NCBI RefSeq assembly: GCF_009914755.1
Contig: NC_060926.1
Strand: one strand, 5' to 3'
Origin: the human T2T-CHM13v2.0 reference genome, Homo sapiens
DNA: 64,000 nucleotides
Shown here: positions 60,591 to 64,000 of the stretch, piece after piece
How the letters are laid out: each line of letters opens with the position of its first letter
How positions within the stretch are numbered: position 1 is the stretch's first letter
Program-made: the position numbers and the translations under genes
The notes under the pieces: generated by a model
The model's input: only the letters and a program-made list of their open reading frames with translations
Told to the model about the DNA's origin: nothing
Database searches by the model: none

Positions 60591-61902
60591 CTGGGGGTTG
60601 CAGAGCCACCAGGCATTATCAACCAGTGACAATTGCCAAAGGAGTACATGGTAAAATTATTTTTGTAATTATTTAAAAACTTCTCTGCCATTATCTCAAG
60701 TATGCCTTTCCTTTTTCCCCCAGAGGAAACCAGAGAGGGGACAAATCTCCCAGACCTGTGGGAGGGAAGAAAAGAGACAACCTGAGCTGGAAGTAACCCT
60801 GGGCCAATCCTAAAACCACGTGCAGATCCACGGAGGACTAATGTGGAACTGAATTTTTCTGTGTGTTATTTTAGATTGTATTCTTTTCTAAAATCACAGT
60901 ACAAAATGTTTTCAAAACTGTAAGTCCCATGCTTTACAAGTTTGTCACATACAGCTAAAAATCGTTGTCAGGGCATAGACATTTGTAGTTCCTAGTTGAC
61001 CAACACAGAAATAATCAACATATAACAACAATTCTACTAGATACCAATACACAGCAATAAGCCAGCCAGCTCTTTTATAAATGCAACGTAGAAAGCATTA
61101 GCAGCAGGCCCACGCTGGGCTTTTATTTTTGGTTGAGCTTAGCTGACCTTAAAATAGATTTGCATTGAGGAAAATGTAAAACTTCCTCAAATATAGTACC
61201 ACTTAATTCAGCATAAGCCATAGAGGGGAGGGTTGTGTCTCTAGGGAGAATTTTTACATTCTAGTAACTATAAAAGTAAGGTCTAATACTATGCTATTTC
61301 TCTAAAATTTTCATATTCTAGTAAAGCTTATGAATGTATCTTTGAGCTTAATACAAATGCCACTAACTGGTGTGCCCCCTCAAAGATGTTCTCAACTCTG
61401 CGGTTAGTTTTTTAGCATCTACTCTCAGAGTGATTGTTGTTTCATTTTGATAGCTATCCCCGAAATTTTCTTATGATGCCACTAGATGAATTTAAAAAAT
61501 ATACTGTGACCAAACCATAGATGCTGTGCCCTTGGGGTGCAAGATTGGCAGCAATTAATTGATTAATGGATATATCTTCTCTACCAATGATTTTAGATTT
61601 TGTAGTCACAACAGCACAAATACATCATAGTGGGCAAACTTAAATAAATAAATTTTGTCTTCTGGGCCTTTGGTTTCCCCATTCAACCCCTTACCATATT
61701 AGGTTCTTTTGTTTCTGGTCCACCTATCAGTACCTGTCTCTGCTCCCTCAACAATATCTATTATTATGTGCCAATTTTCTCAAATTTTATTTCAGTTGTT
61801 CTTCCTATCAATCTGTGAAGCAGATATTTTTATTACCCTTTCACTAAGGATAATACTACCAGGGGAAACTGTGGATCCAAGAGGTTAAATAATTTGCCTG
61901 AG

Positions 61903-62345
61903 TATATTAGTCAAGGATCTCCAAAGAAACTATATGCAGTCTGTCATATATCTATATATCTCTCAGAGAGAGAGAGAGAAAGGGAGAGAAATTTATTATG
62001 AGGAACTGGCTCATGCTATTAGGAAAGCCAGTCATGTAATTCAGTCCAAGTCTAAAGTCCTGAGAACCAAAATAAGCCAGTGATGTAAATCTCAGTCCAA
62101 GGGCAGGAGAAGACCAAAGTCCCAGTTCAAACAAGAAGGCAAGAAGCAAAAAGTGGAAATTCCTCCTTCCTCCACGTTTTGTGATTGGATGATGTCCCTC
62201 TACATTGAAGAGGGCAACCTATTTTACTGGGTCCACTAATTCAAACGCTAATTTTATCCAGAAACACCCTCACAGACACACCCAGAAATGTTTAATCTGG
62301 GTACTCCATGGCCAGTGAAGTTGACACATAAAATTCACCATCACA
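61903..62345 (-). mobile_element. MLT2B-like solo LTR inserted in a MIR
   Basis: 'tatattagtcaaggatctcc...gttgacacataaaattcaccatcaca' with 5-bp TSD CTGAG (61898-61902, 62346-62350). Confidence 0.88.
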
Positions 62346-62783
62346 CTGAGGTAACCGAATTTATTGGAAATTTTATTGAAAAGTAGAAACTTTAAAATCA
62401 GGCCTAACCCTAAAACATCAGCCATCACACTTTGCCAATCTCGTATGTTACCTGCCTAGACTCTTCCCAAGGTCTTTAGCTAAAGGAAATCCTTTAGGAA
62501 AAAAAAAATGGGATTTCTGGTGTGGAAGAGTCTGGGAGAACTGGACGTTCTCAGAAGATGTAGATTCTTTAGCTATTGGATTTACCAAGACCCCAAAGGA
62601 CATGTTGGCCTACTTAACAAACAATCATTTAGGCCCTTCGTGTGCTAGACACTGTATGTTCATTGTTATGGCAGAAATAAACATGAAACCAAATTCTGCC
62701 TCCTAAGAAGCTTATATTCCTCTGTATTTTTGTCTACCAAATATCACTCAATGGCACGCTATCCTAACAGAAGAATTTGGCTT

Positions 62784-62943
62784 AGCTGGTGCAGTGGCCC
62801 ATGCCTGTAATCTCAGCTACTTGGGAGTCTGAGGTGGGGGATCGTTTAAAAAGCCCAAGACTTTGAGTCCAGCCTGGGCCACGTAGCAAAACCATGGCTC
62901 TGAAATAACTAAAATAATAAACTGTTCAGTTAATTAAAAAAAA
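62784..62943 (+). mobile_element. FLAM-type free Alu monomer
   Basis: Single monomer 'gcctgtaatctcagctacttgggagtctgagg...ccagcctggg'; TSD aatttggctta. Confidence 0.85.
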
Positions 62944-63451
62944 ATTTGGCTTAATGAAAGCAGCAACAACCTAACATTTATTAGGTGTAGGTTAGTACAT
63001 GTCTTATTTGGACCTATCTCAAGTGCGTACACAGTGTATTAAGGACTGCCTTGAATGACAAAAGAAGAGTGTGGATGGAAAAAGGAGCAGTCGGTAATCT
63101 ATTTTTAAGACCACTAGAGTTCTATGAACCACTTAGATATTATACTGGGCATTGTTTTTGTTTATTACCATCCCTTCCTTGGAGAACCCACCCCTTGCAT
63201 ATGTGGTGAGATTCTCATAGAGCTATTATCACACAGCCCCACCTACTTTGGCCATAGGAGTGGGCACATGAGTCAGGGTATTCAATCATGGCTCTCAAGG
63301 TGTAGTGCTTGGTCTAGAGATGCACATGTGGTCCAAATAGAGCCAATCAAAGTCCATTTCTGGGACTGCCATATGAACACAGTAGAGACAGCTATTTTTT
63401 TTTACTGTGATTTCTAACCAGGTACTACGGGAAACTTGCCCACCATGTGTT

Positions 63452-63592
63452 GTTGATAGGTGCAGCAAAGCAAACCACCATGGCACACGTATACCTATGT
63501 AACAAACCTGCATGTTCAGCACATGTATCCCAGAACTTAGAGTAAAATAAAAATAAATAAATAAATAAATAAAATGCAAAAGAAAAAAAAAG
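63452..63592 (+). mobile_element. Short L1PA7/8-like 3' end within an MLT1 LTR (~63150-63640)
   Basis: 'gttgataggtgcagcaaa...caccatggcacacgtatacctatgtaacaaacctgca...cccagaactta' plus A-rich tail. Confidence 0.88.
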
Positions 63593-64000
63593 TAAAAGTT
63601 AGGCTGAGTTCTGTTGCTTAGAACCAGGAGTCCTGACTTAAAAAAAAAACAAAAAATCTGTGTTGCCCTTAAACCTTCCTGGTCATCAGTGAATGAAGCT
63701 GCTTCCTTAAATCTCTGAGGTGACAAAGCACAAAGCAGAGGGCCTGGAGCAGAGCCTCTGCTCTTCATTTGCTGTACCCCATAAAAACAGCTATCTTGGA
63801 TATGAGTTCACTGTGTCTCCCAGGTCTCTTCCGGAAGGATTTGGAGCAATCTCTGCCACTTTCGGGCAGTATCAAGGATGTTGCTGAGGGCAGCATCTGT
63901 GGAATTCTAAGTATCCAAGGCAGTCTTCACCTCCCTACTAGCAATTTAAGCAGTTTTTCCATCAGGTCTTAGGACTTGACCCTTTTTCTTTGCTCTGGTT

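Overview
Primate (hominid-like, judging by AluYe5- and L1PA3-type elements) non-coding genomic DNA, either intergenic or deep intronic. I find no credible host protein-coding exon, RNA gene, CpG island or prokaryotic-type system. The long ORFs are transposon remnants (L1 ORF2 C-termini, MaLR MSTA-int, ERVL protease/RT) or antisense Alu frames. The window is dense in Alu, L1, L2, MIR, MaLR/ERVL and hAT/mariner fossils; family names are from recalled consensus sequences, not a database search. The most notable signal is structural. Four ~90-135 bp segments have been copied in the same orientation to sites 0.9-4.2 kb away, each landing inside another repeat, which suggests locally templated insertions. 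Several short fold-back or tandem template-switch scars accompany them. There is also an L1PA5-like element with a 3' transduction and a twin-primed L1PA3-like element with no visible target-site duplication.
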